From Epiperipatus broadwayi (lineage: Eukaryota > Animalia > Onychophora): DNA of 64,000 nucleotides. The stretch is taken from contig JAQFVV010000002.1 of assembly GCA_028023455.1 (NCBI GenBank), forward strand, positions 3,286,001-3,350,000, written 5' to 3'. Each line of letters opens with the position of its first letter. Positions within the stretch are counted from its first letter, which is position 1. The position numbers and the translations under genes are program-made. The notes beneath the pieces are model-generated. The model had not been told where the DNA came from, made no database searches, and saw nothing but the letters and a program-made list of their open reading frames with translations. Positions 12,490 through 26,002 of this stretch are shown piece after piece.

Positions 12490-12901
12490 TAAGGATTTTG
12501 GTAAAAATTTTGGATTTTATCTAGTATTGTATTGTTTTATGGTTTTTACTTTATATAAATATTGTAACGGGCACAGATGTTGTTACATTGTTTTTTTATT
12601 ATTAAACATGAAAAAAATAAAAGTTCGCAAATAAAACTTTTTTTAAGAATTAAAAATTGAAAATTAAAATTCTATATTAAACTCATATCTATATAAAATC
12701 GCGCAGATGAAAAAAATTATTAAAATAAAACTTTATTAAAAATAGAAAAGGTATTGTAAAAGCAAAAACTTAAAAAAGATTTAGAGATAAAAATATATCT
12801 TTAAGTTTGAAAACAAATTAATTAATGTTATTGAAAAATGGAAATGATTATTTTAATTAGTCAATGTAAACTAGCCTTGGGCATTTAAATGTATAAGCAA
12901 A

Positions 12902-13329
12902 GGTCAGATAGGAGAGAAAAACAATGGAATCGGACCTCAGCTAAAAGACCATCACATCGATGACGTAATGTCCATTGGATCCTTAAGTTACGTATAAAAG
13001 AAAAAATTTGGAAATAAAAAGTGATTTGGTTTAATTAATTAGAAGACGGAGATGTGTTAAGTCAGAGAGTTGGAGGTGAAGGGATTGAAAGACGCACTTT
13101 CAATTCCTTCAGTTGTTATAAAAAAAAAAGAAATGAAACATCGCTTTTCTTATACTGAGGACAACAGGATCATCGGGGGTATTTAACGGGGATTCCAAAT
13201 GGCATGCAATGGATAAAGAGAAATGTTTTAGAAATTGTAAGAACTTTAAAAACATTTTGAAACACTAAGAACTTTAAAATATAAACTTTCTCAGTATTTA
13301 ATTTATAAGAAATAGAATCCTATCTGACC
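12902..13329. mobile_element. MITE-like element, 428 bp, 12-bp perfect TIR
   Basis: GGTCAGATAGGA (12902-12913) and TCCTATCTGACC (13318-13329). The interior retains CpGs. No clear TSD. Confidence 0.55.
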
Positions 13330-13411
13330 AACGTTATTTATTAATTAGTTATAATTTTATTTAATGTATTTCTTTTGTAAAATCATTTCCATTTATTTAT
13401 TTATTTGTTCT

Positions 13412-14142
13412 TTAACCCTTAAACCGCTAATTTTATCATTGGTTGTATCAGATAAAAATCAAATCTTTTAATTGAACTCACAAACTGAAGACAAAGCCTA
13501 TTGTTAAAACATATCGTATAATATTAAATTCAACTCAGATACGTTTATAAAAAGTATATAATAATTTTAAGGTTGTGAAGAAACGAAAGTTCTTTCAAAA
13601 ATAAATTGTATTTATTTATTCTAAGATATTAATATCGAACATAAAAGTTATAATGTAAACAAAAAGAGCTTTACGTTATAGAAAAGTAAATATTTCTTTT
13701 TATTACAACTTCAATATTTGTACTAAAATCTTCAATATTTTTCGAAAATAATTTTGTTTTTTATTATCTCTCTGAAAATTATGTTTAATTTCATAAATAT
13801 TATTTAATAATAATTTAAATCGTATTCGAAATGAAAATCTCAGGTTTTCTTTATTTTCTTTGATCAGGAGTTTCTTTGTTCTTTCCAGCCAATCAGAATG
13901 TCTTTTTCGGCTGAGAGCATGCTAAGAACCAATCACAAATAATATTCCTTCTTTGTTTAGGTTTAAATGCGTTTTTTTCTATTTTTTACTTCTAAAATAA
14001 ATCGGAAGATGTCACCATCGTACAGAACTTTTAAAAACGAATTCAATACGTATTTAACGAATTTTTTCATATGAAAATGAACTGAGTTAGAGTGATTTCA
14101 GATGTCGACGAGGAGCCTCGTCGGGCGCGGGAAAAGGGTTAA
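13412..14142. mobile_element. piggyBac-like non-autonomous element (TTAA-flanked)
   Basis: TTAA|CCCTTaaaCCGC at 13412 and GCGGgaaAAGGG|TTAA at 14142. Subterminal palindrome GACGAGG-AG-CCTCGTC. The interior is CpG-rich with two CCAAT boxes (13889, 13929). Confidence 0.55.
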
Positions 14143-17100
14143 ATTTTATTATGATTTCTGTTTTTCCTTAAACTAGTTATCTAAATGTTAAACTTAAGTC
14201 GGGCGTGAATGGCTATATAGATTTGTAAAGTTATATTAGGGGAGGGTAATCTTAGGTTATTTGTTTTGTAGTTAAATTGGGTCAATGGATTGGATATATT
14301 GGTGTAATTAGTAGATATAGTACGAGATTCGCTACGGGCAGAATTGCTTTATACGCCGCACACACTCGTTTTGCCTATGAGAGGAATTATAAGACGGAGA
14401 CCGCAGTTCCTTCCTATGGGTTTTTTTTTGCTCTTATCGTTAGATAGATATAGTATTCCTATTTGACGAAGGGAAATTTCTTCTCTTAACCTATTTGTGC
14501 TGTCGTAGTCATATTACATTGAATACATTGATATATCAGATGGATTGAAGTTGATTTGACTGTGAACTTTTGGCCTAAGGTTAAACAAGGATAGAATATT
14601 TTCTTTTCAAATGCAAATCTATGTAGTTTATTCATACTCGACACTCTAAATAAAAATGCATTAAATTTAAGTTGGGTATAGATGCTTGCATGGGTTCATT
14701 ACCAGTTAATTATGTTTTTGGTTTTCATATTTGATCAAAATATATAGACATTCGGTAAATACTGATACCTTATGGTGAGTATCTAAGATGTATTTATGTC
14801 AGATGTCTTATAAGTTATTGGTGTCTTGTGGCATCTTATGATGAATGCTATTGGGTTTCTTATAAGAATTTCCCTCTGCAATTCCATCAATGACTTTATA
14901 TTTTGATCGTTTATGTTTATTATGGATATGTTTTTGACCGCGTAATCTGTGTAACCGATCTACACTCAACATTATAAAACAAACTTTCATAAATCCATCT
15001 GTGCAAACTTAATTAAAATGTAAACTTATGATATTATAAAAATTAAAATGTAAATTTAAATTCTAAAATCAAATTAAAATCTAAAATAAACATACTAAAA
15101 TAATAATGTTAAATTTTATATATATGTGCATAAATAAATGTTTGTATGTAAATTATTGGCAGTGGCTTATTTTATTATTTTTTAAAAATATTCTTAGATA
15201 AGAATTTATTGTAAATATAAATCTCTGCTGTTCCACTGAGCTAGTGACAATGGGCTAATGACCGGAATCAACCAATAATTTTTTTTTTAAAACTTATGTA
15301 TCTGCCTACTATATAAATTTTTCTAGGTTTAAATACCTAGATGGTGCCCTGTAGTGCAGATTATGTTAAGTCTCTATCTCTGGATCGTTATAATATATAT
15401 ATATGCAGACAGATAAAAATCTTTTTAGGTATATATTTTTTTAGGAAATACAAAGTTTCAAATATGGATATTCATCAATAAGTACCCTATTTAATTATAA
15501 AGAGCTGCAATATCTATGACTCAGTACCTGCATTAGAATGCATGCATAATTTAATTATCTTCAACATCAATAATAATCAAAATCTGCATTTTAATGCATT
15601 ATGTAATTACTTTAAATATAAGGTATTTCATAATATATTTAGCTTATTTATTAATACTATGCTTAGAATTTGTTAAAAAAATTATACTGTCTTTTTAGAA
15701 AAGATTCTCCCCACATCATTCTTATTTAGGATAGTGATAGAGTGGCAGATTTTGAAGATTAACATATATGGATTGCAGTCCCACTCTATCACTTTTATTG
15801 CTCAAACTTTTTGTGAACTTCTGAGAAATAAACCATTCAAATATTGTAAAATAATATTTATATATGGAGATGCATAAATATACATATGGATGGATCCATA
15901 GTACAATAGTATTGTCCTAAGTATGATTATTGCAGAAGTCTAAACACAAAATATACAAAATACTTTATAAGGAATAATAAATATTGCATTCAAGTCAACT
16001 GTTAATCGAAAATGTTTAATTATATCATTAAACAAGAAAAGATCTACTGTCAGTATGAAAATTAACCAGACAATATTGTTATTATCTACATAGCAGATGT
16101 ATTAAAATGTATTAATAAGAGACTATATAATAGAAATAATGAACATCACATTTAAGAGTAGCATTAATTATTTCTCTAAAGATTTTATAGAAAAATTAAG
16201 ACATTATAAATAAATTTGATTCTGGTAATAAAATGTTATTTAAGTATTTAATCAATTTTTTAATTATGGTTAATTATTATTCATACTATTGTTGGGTATA
16301 CTAAGATCATATCATAAAGATAAATTTAATTTATATGCATTAATTTATTGAAAATCTCTAAAAATGATATGTTAATAATAACATGGGAAAGGTTTGACTG
16401 TCAAATATGAGAGGAGCAAATAATTACTAATGGCATCACATCATGAAAATAAGTATGTTTATTTCAGTACTATTTAATTAATCTGTCATATTTAGCATAT
16501 AGAATATAGTTAGACAATATGTAGATGACAAGTGGTAGAAGTCATATTTACATCTAACATGTCTAACTACTTTTATCCAAATCTATTTAAAATCTGGTGA
16601 CATCTGTCACAATGATCACAAGTGATCCATGCTATTGTAATATAAACCAATGTGTACAATATTTGATACAATAGTTTGAGTTCAACAATAAAAAATAAAT
16701 AGCAAAAAGTACTATCACATGATCACCATCCCTATAGAGTTTTGCCTTTGTTTACAACCAGTACTATTTAAGACTTAAAATCTATAAGCGTAAAACTCAA
16801 AAGTGAAAGGAGGCCATCATTGTTTCTGATGCTCTTACATGATTAAAAGTTTTATGAAATTCATGCATATATATGACAAAGTAATTTCTAATGTGAATAT
16901 ATAGTATATATGCAACATTAAAGACAATCATTTTTTAAACATCCAATCTCAGTACATGACAATACTTTAACAAGAAAATGAAATCATTTTCTAAATGAAA
17001 GTGATTTCATTTTGTTGCTAAAATAGTATTTAGTATTGAGGTGAGAATGTATATTATTTACTATAACAGCATTTACTATTTAAAAATGATTGTATTTAAC

Positions 17101-18759
17101 ATTATAGATACATATAATTGTTTGAACAGAGGACAGTATGACTTTATTTACAATTAAAAAGATCGTACTGATAATTAATAATAAACTAACTAAAGAAGTA
17201 AAAGGTAACATAGTGTCCATGAACATAGTAGTTGTACATGTTGGTATTATAATATATATCTTAATTTTTTTTTAAATGATTTATTGCCACTCTATAAAGT
17301 GTAAATAATAGAATTAATATTTCTATTATGAAATGATGTCATTTTAATTGTATTTAGATATAAATATAATTGTAAAGCTTATACATACTTGCCAAAATGA
17401 TGTAGTTACATATTGACATAATGTAGATAAAATTATTTTATATTAATTAATTTATTAATTAAAACAAAATAAATGATATTAAAATAATCCCTTAAATAAT
17501 TTACATTATTGGAAGATAAGAGAAAAAAAAACATATCTTATTTTTTATATATATCAAAAAGAAAAAAGATAAAATAGGAAAAATATTTTAGACAACATTA
17601 AAAAAAAAGCAGATATAAAATTTTATTTTAATATAATTGCACTTGTAATCATTGATTTGAATTTTTTAATTTAGATTCTATTGTATAAAAGAAAAATTTA
17701 TTAATGATTTAATGAAATAAAATTAAATTGACTAAAGATATGACTGTAGAGGGTTGTATGATATTGTTGTGAAAAGGGTATAAATAGGCAGATACCAAGT
17801 CACTTTCTCTATATGGTTTTTGTTGCTGGACATAACTCTTCACATTGCAAATGCATTGAGGAGACAACGTGGGAACAACCATTATATTGTAGCTGAAGTA
17901 CTGTTTTAGCAAAGTGATTGGTCATTGGTCTTTGGAAACAAATATTAACCTTTACCTGTTCCTTGTCAATGTTTAAAGTTAATTAGAATCATTATTGAAA
18001 TGAAAACCACAAGAATACATTGCTAAAGTCATGTTGAAGATGATCACCTGTTACCTGCATAAAGTGAAAAAAGAGAAAATGACAAAATCATAAAACCTAT
18101 CTATTATCCTTTCAAAATAAAAAGTACCTCTCTGTCTGTCATTAGAATCCAATAAAATAAAGACTATTAATAATCATGATTTTATGCATTTGTCAAAATA
18201 TTTTATAAACATAATGTATTTCAGAAGTGACATGGAAACATGGCATTAAAAACCAGTGTCAATTACTTTAAATAGTAAGGAAAAAAATTTTTTAATAATA
18301 AAACTAGAGGTCTATTAATATTATATATGCATAGTTTTATTTGTGAGTTTACCCATAATGTCACAACTCTTACATATTTATTATAACTACTTAAGTCTAG
18401 ACTGAAGAAATATAATAGCTTAGACTCATCAAAGTAAAGCAATCATAGTCAATGATCTATGATATTTGTGTATTTAAAATATAATAGGTTTAGAAATGTG
18501 GATTGACATGATGATGATTGAATCAAGTTGTCTTACTAAATATAAACAAAGAAATTAATAAAGAGATGTATGTAACTTTAATTAAATGGATAACCAACAT
18601 ATAACTGGTTTAAGCACAAATGACCCACTTCTCCTCCTGTGTCAGATTATGTTCTGTTTTATGACACACACACACATATATATATATATTGTTCATATTA
18701 TAATAAATCAGTTTATTATACAAAATTTGATATAAAATGTGATTTAGTGTTCTTAACTT

Positions 18760-19400
18760 TATTATCTATCTCTAATTTTACTAATTGATATATTTTTCCA
18801 TAATTTCTTTTATCCATTAATCTATCTATTTATCAAAAAATCCAATAACTGTTTATTAATTTATCCATTCATTTATTAATTCATCTTTTTCACAGTTATT
18901 TACATAGCTGATTATCTATGTGAATTTTTTTATATATCATTTTTAAATGTTATTGATCTGCTGAAAGCTAACATCATTTCCAAGTTTAATTTAATTTCCT
19001 TGTTACATAATTTCTTTATTCATATTAATTCATCACATATTTTTTTATTTTTTTACTTTTCACAAGGCTTCCTTTTATATCTTTTACAATCAATTATTAT
19101 CTTTTTTAAAAGTTCAGTTTTCTATCCTTTATAATTTCTTTTAGCGACATGTATAGCCCAATTCTATTTCACTCTCTTAATTCTTTCAATAATATCTGTG
19201 CTTTTTATTAGTTCTCTCACTATATTTCACTTTTTATTTCTTCATATTTGTGTGATCTGAAATTTTTATATTGCTTTTCTGTTAAATGTCTAAGTTTCAT
19301 GTCCATAAGTAAGTACAAAAAAAAACCTGTTCAATAATACAGGCATATTTTCATTAAATGTCAAGTTATTTCTAACAAAAGAACTCCATACAATATTAGT
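18760..19400 (-). mobile_element. RTE-like LINE 3-prime fragment
   Basis: The minus strand resembles the RTE RT tail (IY...P V LxYGxETWxLT.K..). Heavily decayed. Confidence 0.5.
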
Positions 19401-21029
19401 TATATGATTAATTTTACATTGTGTTTTCATTTGTATTAATAGCACTATCAAGGTATTTATTAATATTAATTTCTAATTCATTATTATGAATTTTTATTTT
19501 TCCTATATTTAAAAAGACCTTAAACACTATCTTATCATTTACTTTAGTTCTATTTTTTTGTCTTAATCTGATAGCATTTATAATTTTTTTGAAACTCTGA
19601 AGAATTATTTGCAGAATCAACCATAGCATTCAGGTTCATTTATTTTTATTGTTTTATTTTCTCATTTTAATCCACAAGTACTTTCAGTTAAATCTTAAAA
19701 AGTTTTGGAGAAATAGAAACATTTTGCAATACACTCTTACCAATGATAATTGCATGTTTTAATCATTGATATTGCATTTTAATAAATATTCATTCAGAAA
19801 ATTGATAATATAATGGATTGATGTGATGTCTCAAAGCTTTAATCATTACTGAAATGCTTATAGAATGAAATACCTTTTTATAAACTATAAATCCAAACTA
19901 TAAAGAGAACTTAAACTTTTTGTCTTTTTGAATACTCATATTGTATTATGAAAAATTCATTATCCTCATCTATACTTCACAATTTTAGACCTCATAAACA
20001 TTTTAAAATCCAGTCTCTTTGGGGGGGGGGGCATAAATCAATAAATGACCATGATCTTAGAATATTTTCCTTTTAGATTTTTTCTGATCATCTTGTATAG
20101 ATCTTAGAGTATCTTCTTTTTAGTCTCTTTTAGATATTAATATCACTACTATAATTTTCTAATCATCTTGTATACTGTATATATAAAGTTCTTTTTGTGT
20201 TAGACCATATATTATTTTGTTTAAATTCCTGACATTTCAGTGAGATACTATTCGTCATTCTCAAAGTTAAGATCTTAATGAAGAACTGTTAGATTTTAAG
20301 TAATAATGAGATTGTGATTGGGTAAGAAGCAAGGAATAATCATTTTTATATATATTTGATGGTTGATTATTCAGAATAGGTAACTTAACAAAAAAATTAT
20401 TTCCTTTAGTTTTATAGATAACAGATTTCAAGTTAAAAGAAAGAGATTAAATAAGTGGTCTCTACAAGATTGGTATATGTTGTATTTCATCAGATTTATT
20501 TAAACCACACAGTCATTTTAAAATTTCAATATATTCTTTCATAGTTCTCAAATCATACTTTTCCAAATTAGCAAGTATTTTAGCATTATCAAAATCAAGT
20601 ATGTGACCAATTTCTAAAAAATAAGAAGTAAAAGCTGATGTATTTAACTTTTGATTGAAGACATTTTTATGATCCCTAATTCTGACATTAATTTGTCAAT
20701 TGGATTGAATTACATAGCTTTTTGAATACTGTGAACATGTAATTTCATAGATTTGATATTCCAAAAGTACTCAGTCTTTAGGTTTACAGAAAAAAATCAA
20801 TTTTTTTTGCTAGTGGAAAACGTAGTCTTAATATTGAGATTAGATAGTGTGTCTACTGATCTTATCAGTGTCTCCTTTAATATAAGGTAAAATAGCTCTA
20901 TAACTAGTTGAGTTGTCAATTTTATTTTTTTCTTTATAGTATCAACTATTTGTAAAGTTGTTTTACCTTATATTAAAAGAATCACTGATAAAATCAGTAG
21001 AAGACTATCAAATTTTAATATTAAGCATC

Positions 21030-21623
21030 ACATGATCACCATCTTTTATACTAGCACATAATTGTTTATAAACAAGGCAAAACTCTCCATACAGTAGCAC
21101 CACCCTAATCAATGGATGCCAGAAGGCCTATACATAAAATCCCTATCTAATGCCTACTCATCCAATATCCCCATACTAGTTTCTGGTTTGTGGCCTTCAT
21201 CAGTGAGGAGCTTTGGATCTGAGAACACTGCACCTAGATCTTAGGATCTAATGCAACCCTATGGTTGTTAAAGAGCCAAAGACACCAAAATGTATGGGTG
21301 CTGAACTGAGTTCAGACCCATATGCCTATATAAGCTATTGAGCTTAGATTGAAAATATTTTTGTGTTTTCAATTTCATTCTCATAGTTTTATAGCTAAGT
21401 AGAGATAAAAGGAGAGTTGCATTAGATCCTAAGATCTGGGTGCAATAGCTCTCAGATCCAAAGCTCCTCACTAATGAAGGCCACCAGCCAGAAACTAGTC
21501 TGGGTATATTGGATGAGTAGGCATTAGATAGGGATTTTATGCACAAGCCTTCTGGCATCCATTGATTACTCTTGTTGGCACAGGGTGGCACTACTGTATG
21601 GAGAGTTTTGCCTTGTTTATAAA
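21030..21623. mobile_element. Family A HHR element as inverted pair
   Basis: 21065-21257 and 21416-21623 are reverse complements. The plus-sense copy extends 5-prime to 21259. HHR motifs lie at 21168-21209 (minus) and 21465-21506 (plus, core mutated to CTAATGA). Confidence 0.9.
21168..21209 (-). ncRNA. Family A minimal hammerhead motif
   Basis: Minus strand TCCTCA CTGATGA AGGCCACAAACCA GAA ACTAGT A TGGGGA. The cleavage triplet is GUA and stem II has one mismatch. Confidence 0.6.
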
Positions 21624-21711
21624 TTTCAATATTAAGACTACTTTTTCTATTAGCAAAAAATTGTGATTTTTTTCTCAAAAACCTAAAGATTAAGTACTGT
21701 TGGTATATCAA

Positions 21712-21960
21712 CGCATCTATGAAATTCGGTATTCACAGTACATAAGAAGCTATGCATTTCAATCCGTAGATGAATTAATGTCCAAGTTAGAGAGCATAAA
21801 AATGGCTTCAATCAAAAGTTAATTTCATCAGCTTTTATTTCATATTTTTTTAGAAATTGGTCATACACCTGATTTTGATAATGCTAAAATTTCTACTAAT
21901 TTTAAAAAATATGATTTGAGAATTATGCGAGAATCTACTGAAATATTAAAAAGACTGAGT
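21712..21960 (+). pseudogene. Penelope-type GIY-YIG endonuclease remnant
   Basis: RIYEIRYSQYIRSYAFQ, then VREHKNGFNQKLISSAFISY, a frameshift, and LEIGHTPDFDNAKISTNFKKYDLRIMRESTEILKR. Confidence 0.85.
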
Positions 21961-23199
21961 AATGACGAAGCACAACATGTTCCACTTTGTGGAGACCACT
22001 TATTTTATCTCTTTCTTCTAAAATCAACTTGAAATTAATTAATTGTAAAACTGAACAAAATCATTTTTTTGTTAATCCACCTATCTTGAATAATCAACCA
22101 TCAAATATATAAGAATGATTGTGTTTTATTTCAAACTCAATCTCATTATTACTTAAGATCTGACAGTTCTTCATTAAGACCTTACCCTTAACAATGATGA
22201 ATATTTTGTTGAAATGATGAGAAATTAAACAAAATAATGCATGGTTCAACACAAAAAGGATTTTATTTACATCATAGGAACGATGAAAATATTAAATACA
22301 TACACTTGTGTTATTTAGAAATTTAATATATAGCTTTTTTAACAATTTCTCTATTTGTTCATTTGCTTTTTTAAAAAATATCCATAACAATCCATCATTT
22401 TGTGAAGTTTATTCATTTCTCATAGATTTAATTGCATATCTCATCTTTACATTTAAATACTTTGACTTTCAAAACATGTGATAATCATAAGGGTTATTTT
22501 GACTTTTTTTTTTTGCTTTGTAGAATTCTCCACATACATAATGTTTTTTTAGTGCTGTTTTCCATTTTTCTTATTGCTGAAATAGTTTTTATTTTATTAA
22601 CAAAATTGATGCTTTATAATTTTAAGACTTTTATTTTCTTTTATAATTTTTTTTTGTTGTTGCTGCTGTAGGAGTATATTTTGTTATATTGTCACTTATT
22701 TTTTGGGATATCACTTTGTACAATTCCAAATATTTAATTCTTATGTATGGGTCATTTTAAATATTTTTTAAACATTTAATTGTGAATTTCATTTTGTTTT
22801 TATATCAACTATCTATTTCACAGTTCTTAGATAGTATTAGTTATTTTATTGCCCTGTGTACATTGATGCAGTGGTAAAGAGGCAAACTGTGGAAGTCAAA
22901 ATATTCTGTCACTTCAGGTACTTCAAATTCTTATGTACCTCCAATCACTAAACTATTCAGTTATTTTAGTTATTTTATTTAAGTCTGGACCAGCTTTAAA
23001 ATTGTTAATAAATTGTAATTTAAATTCAGTAGTATAATTCTGAAATTTAGAGTATTAATTACTAATGTTATCTTTCTTTATAGATTTTGAATCTTCAGTT
23101 TTGCATTAACACATATTTTTCATGTTTTGTAAAATGTAATAAATTGCAATACAAATCTTGAAATACATGCTTTCTGTTAGTTAAAAAGTAATTCAATTT

Positions 23200-23660
23200 T
23201 TTTGCACTTTCAATTAGATTGTCCCTTGTTTATTTCTGCTTACTTATTGTTCCACAGAAGAAATTCATATATGTAATTGTTATTTTGCTTATTTTCAAAT
23301 TTCACAAGTCTATGTTTTCTTACATTTCTGTTATCATAATCAAATTTATCCATATCACTTCATTTTTAAAATGTTTTTTTGATCTAATCAAAAGCAAATT
23401 ATTTATATATAAAACTATTTTTTCATCATAAACATAATCATATTGATACATAAATCTGAATTTCCTGCATTTGGTTTCTTCTTTTACCACTCTCTCAGAT
23501 ATTCTATCAATTTTTATAATGTTATTTACATTAATCTTATTTCATTTGTTTTCTGATATGTTTGCCTTTATTATAAAATGTACTTCCACTTTTCAATTCA
23601 ATTGTCTCTTCACTTTTTCTTTTAATTTCACAGACTGACAATGTTTCGTTTAATAACAAA
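23200..23660 (-). mobile_element. RTE-like LINE RT fragment
   Basis: Purine-rich minus strand similar in style to the element at 29500-32740. Decayed. Confidence 0.4.
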
Positions 23661-26002
23661 TACTTATTCTTCTAATTCAAATAATCTTATTTTGCCAGAA
23701 GTTTTTCTACAATTGTAGGTAGCTAAATAAAAAATAATTATTTTATGACAGCTTAAATTTATAAATAAAATATTCCTAACACTTTCTACATTAAGATGTC
23801 AACAGTCTTCAGAGAATGAAGGGCTTAATTTATTTTTTATCAGTATTGTGAAATCATAATTCACATATACATATACCCCTTCATTCTGCCTTTTAAGTAA
23901 CTCTAATTAACGCTTCATTTAAATCTACCAGGAATCTGAAATAAAAGGCCATGTTTTTTTTTTTATAGGAGATGGGGGATTAAATTTCTGATACTTACAT
24001 ATTAGTCTGGCAGTGAGATTTCACATATGTATTAATCTAGTAATATTTATTTCGAAAAATGACTACCTATAGCTTTATTTACTAAACATTATACAAAGTC
24101 TATTAACACACATTTACATTTTTATGAGAAATTATCTTCCAGCTAACTAAACTTATAAAAAAATTTTATTTTGAAAAATGGTCACTTATAATTTTATTTA
24201 GTGGAAATGAAACAAACATGCATTTATGTTTCTTGCGGAAAATGATCTTCCATCAAATAAACTTTTAACAATCTAAATTTATTACAAGTAATAACCAAAC
24301 CAAAAAATAATAATATACATATATTTAACCATGCAATTCTATCCATTTACAAAGTGTTGTTTTTTAGAATCACTGCTGTGGACTGAATTTTTTTTAGCTT
24401 GAATCACATTTCCATTATAAATGGCTAATCCCTTTCAACAATCCTCAATGAAACACTACCATTGTTTGGCTGTAAAATTAGCATTAAAACAAATATTTTG
24501 ACTAAAAATTTTCTCCTCATTAGAATATTATCTAATATTTATTTACAAAATTAATTTATTTCCTTTTCAGGAGATTGTAAATGTGTTTAATTTCGTTTTT
24601 ATATGCACCTTTGTTTGTGCAGGCAACTTTCATCATTGCTAAACATTAATAAGTACCAAATTTTCAGATATAAAAGCCCTGTAAATATAAGCAACCTAGC
24701 ATGGAATGAAATCCACTCATGTTCATTACCATGTGAATAATTCCATAACAAAAACAACAGCAATGACCTTAGATGCTTGCTCTTAATTTTTTTAAAACCA
24801 TAAAGCGTCACATTGCAATTAATAGAAAAACGAATTTTTAGATGTTTAATATATATAAAATATTGTGAGGATTTGTGCATTTGTATCCTTAACTTTTAGA
24901 AATTAAAACTCCGATTTCAATAGGATTTTTAAAATTTATATCAGGGCCAATCCCAGAACCAAAAATCTGCCATGACCCACTTTACACATGAGCTGTATTT
25001 ATGAAAGTATTATATTTTAAACAACCAATCACCAAAGCCATTTTTTTCTTTAACTTTATTAACTTTTACTATTTTATTTCTTAAATTTGTATTTATTTAT
25101 TTTCATTTTACTTTTTTATTTTATTTGAAAGGCTGGGTGGGTGGGGTGAGCATATCTTTTGCAACATGAATTAAAATTTCAGTTTTTTTTTTTTTTTAAG
25201 TACAACTTATGAAATGTTCTGGAAAATGCTTTTTAAATTAAAAAAAAAACTTTTATTTTTCCAAGTTATTTGTTTATTTGTATAAATTTTCTGTGTAAAC
25301 AACATAAAAATTATCTTATTTCACCAATGTTTTTAACAATTGGTGCTATTATATATAAAATAAGTAAAACAAAACAAATGTACACATCATTTCTTTTGTT
25401 ATAAATTTTCATTAATTCAGAAATAGAAATTTATTACAATGACTTTTCCATGTCAATTAAGGCATTAACATTACTTGAGATAAAAATTAATATAAATATC
25501 TTAATAACAAAATCAACTTGTCCTATTCTTATATTTATTTTTTGTGCTAGTCTTCCATATCATGGTTATCGTCAAATTACTGTGTGCCTAATCAAAACCT
25601 TCTTAATGACACTGAGAAGCTTTTAAATGAAATTCTAGATTGTCCTTGGAAATTCCTCCCTGGGTGCATAGAGTTGACTTCTGTGAGAATGGTCTCAGGA
25701 GTCAACTATATATCAATTTACTTTTAATAACTATTACTGATGAAAATGATTATGGCAAACTCAAATTTTATGGAAAACCAAATTATGACAAAAATAATTA
25801 GAAATAATTAAGGAAAAACGGCAGGCTTTACATCATAAATTTAAACCATTAACTTCATAGCTCTAAAATAAAACATGTAAAACTTTTTAAATGAAATTCC
25901 TTTTCTAATATATGTGGATTGCTTATACATCTATGAAACAAGTAAAATATTGAAACAGTTAATGAAGTTTAATATTTAAATACAAGTATATTGTTTATAC
26001 TG

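Larger units (their letters stand above)
11870..12555 (+). mobile_element. 5-prime-truncated Penelope-like element (PLE1) with inverted partial duplicate
   Basis: GIY-YIG remnant 12094-12360, then an HHR-like motif at 12447-12489 and a tail. 11870-12050 is a diverged reverse complement of 12300-12555. Confidence 0.85.
20230..22200. mobile_element. Penelope-like element PLE2 as a large inverted pair (20230-20840 minus; 21625-22200 plus)
   Basis: Arms of about 600 bp are diverged reverse complements (for example gtagtcttaatattga / tcaatattaagactac, and tagcattatcaaaatca / tgattttgataatgcta). The plus arm encodes a GIY-YIG remnant. Confidence 0.85.

Noticed and set aside
22160-22200. HHR in the PLE2 pseudo-LTR (ATGATGA...GAAATGAT; mirror at about 20230-20265)
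   Set aside because: The position is right, but the core C and stems I/II are not recoverable from the two copies.
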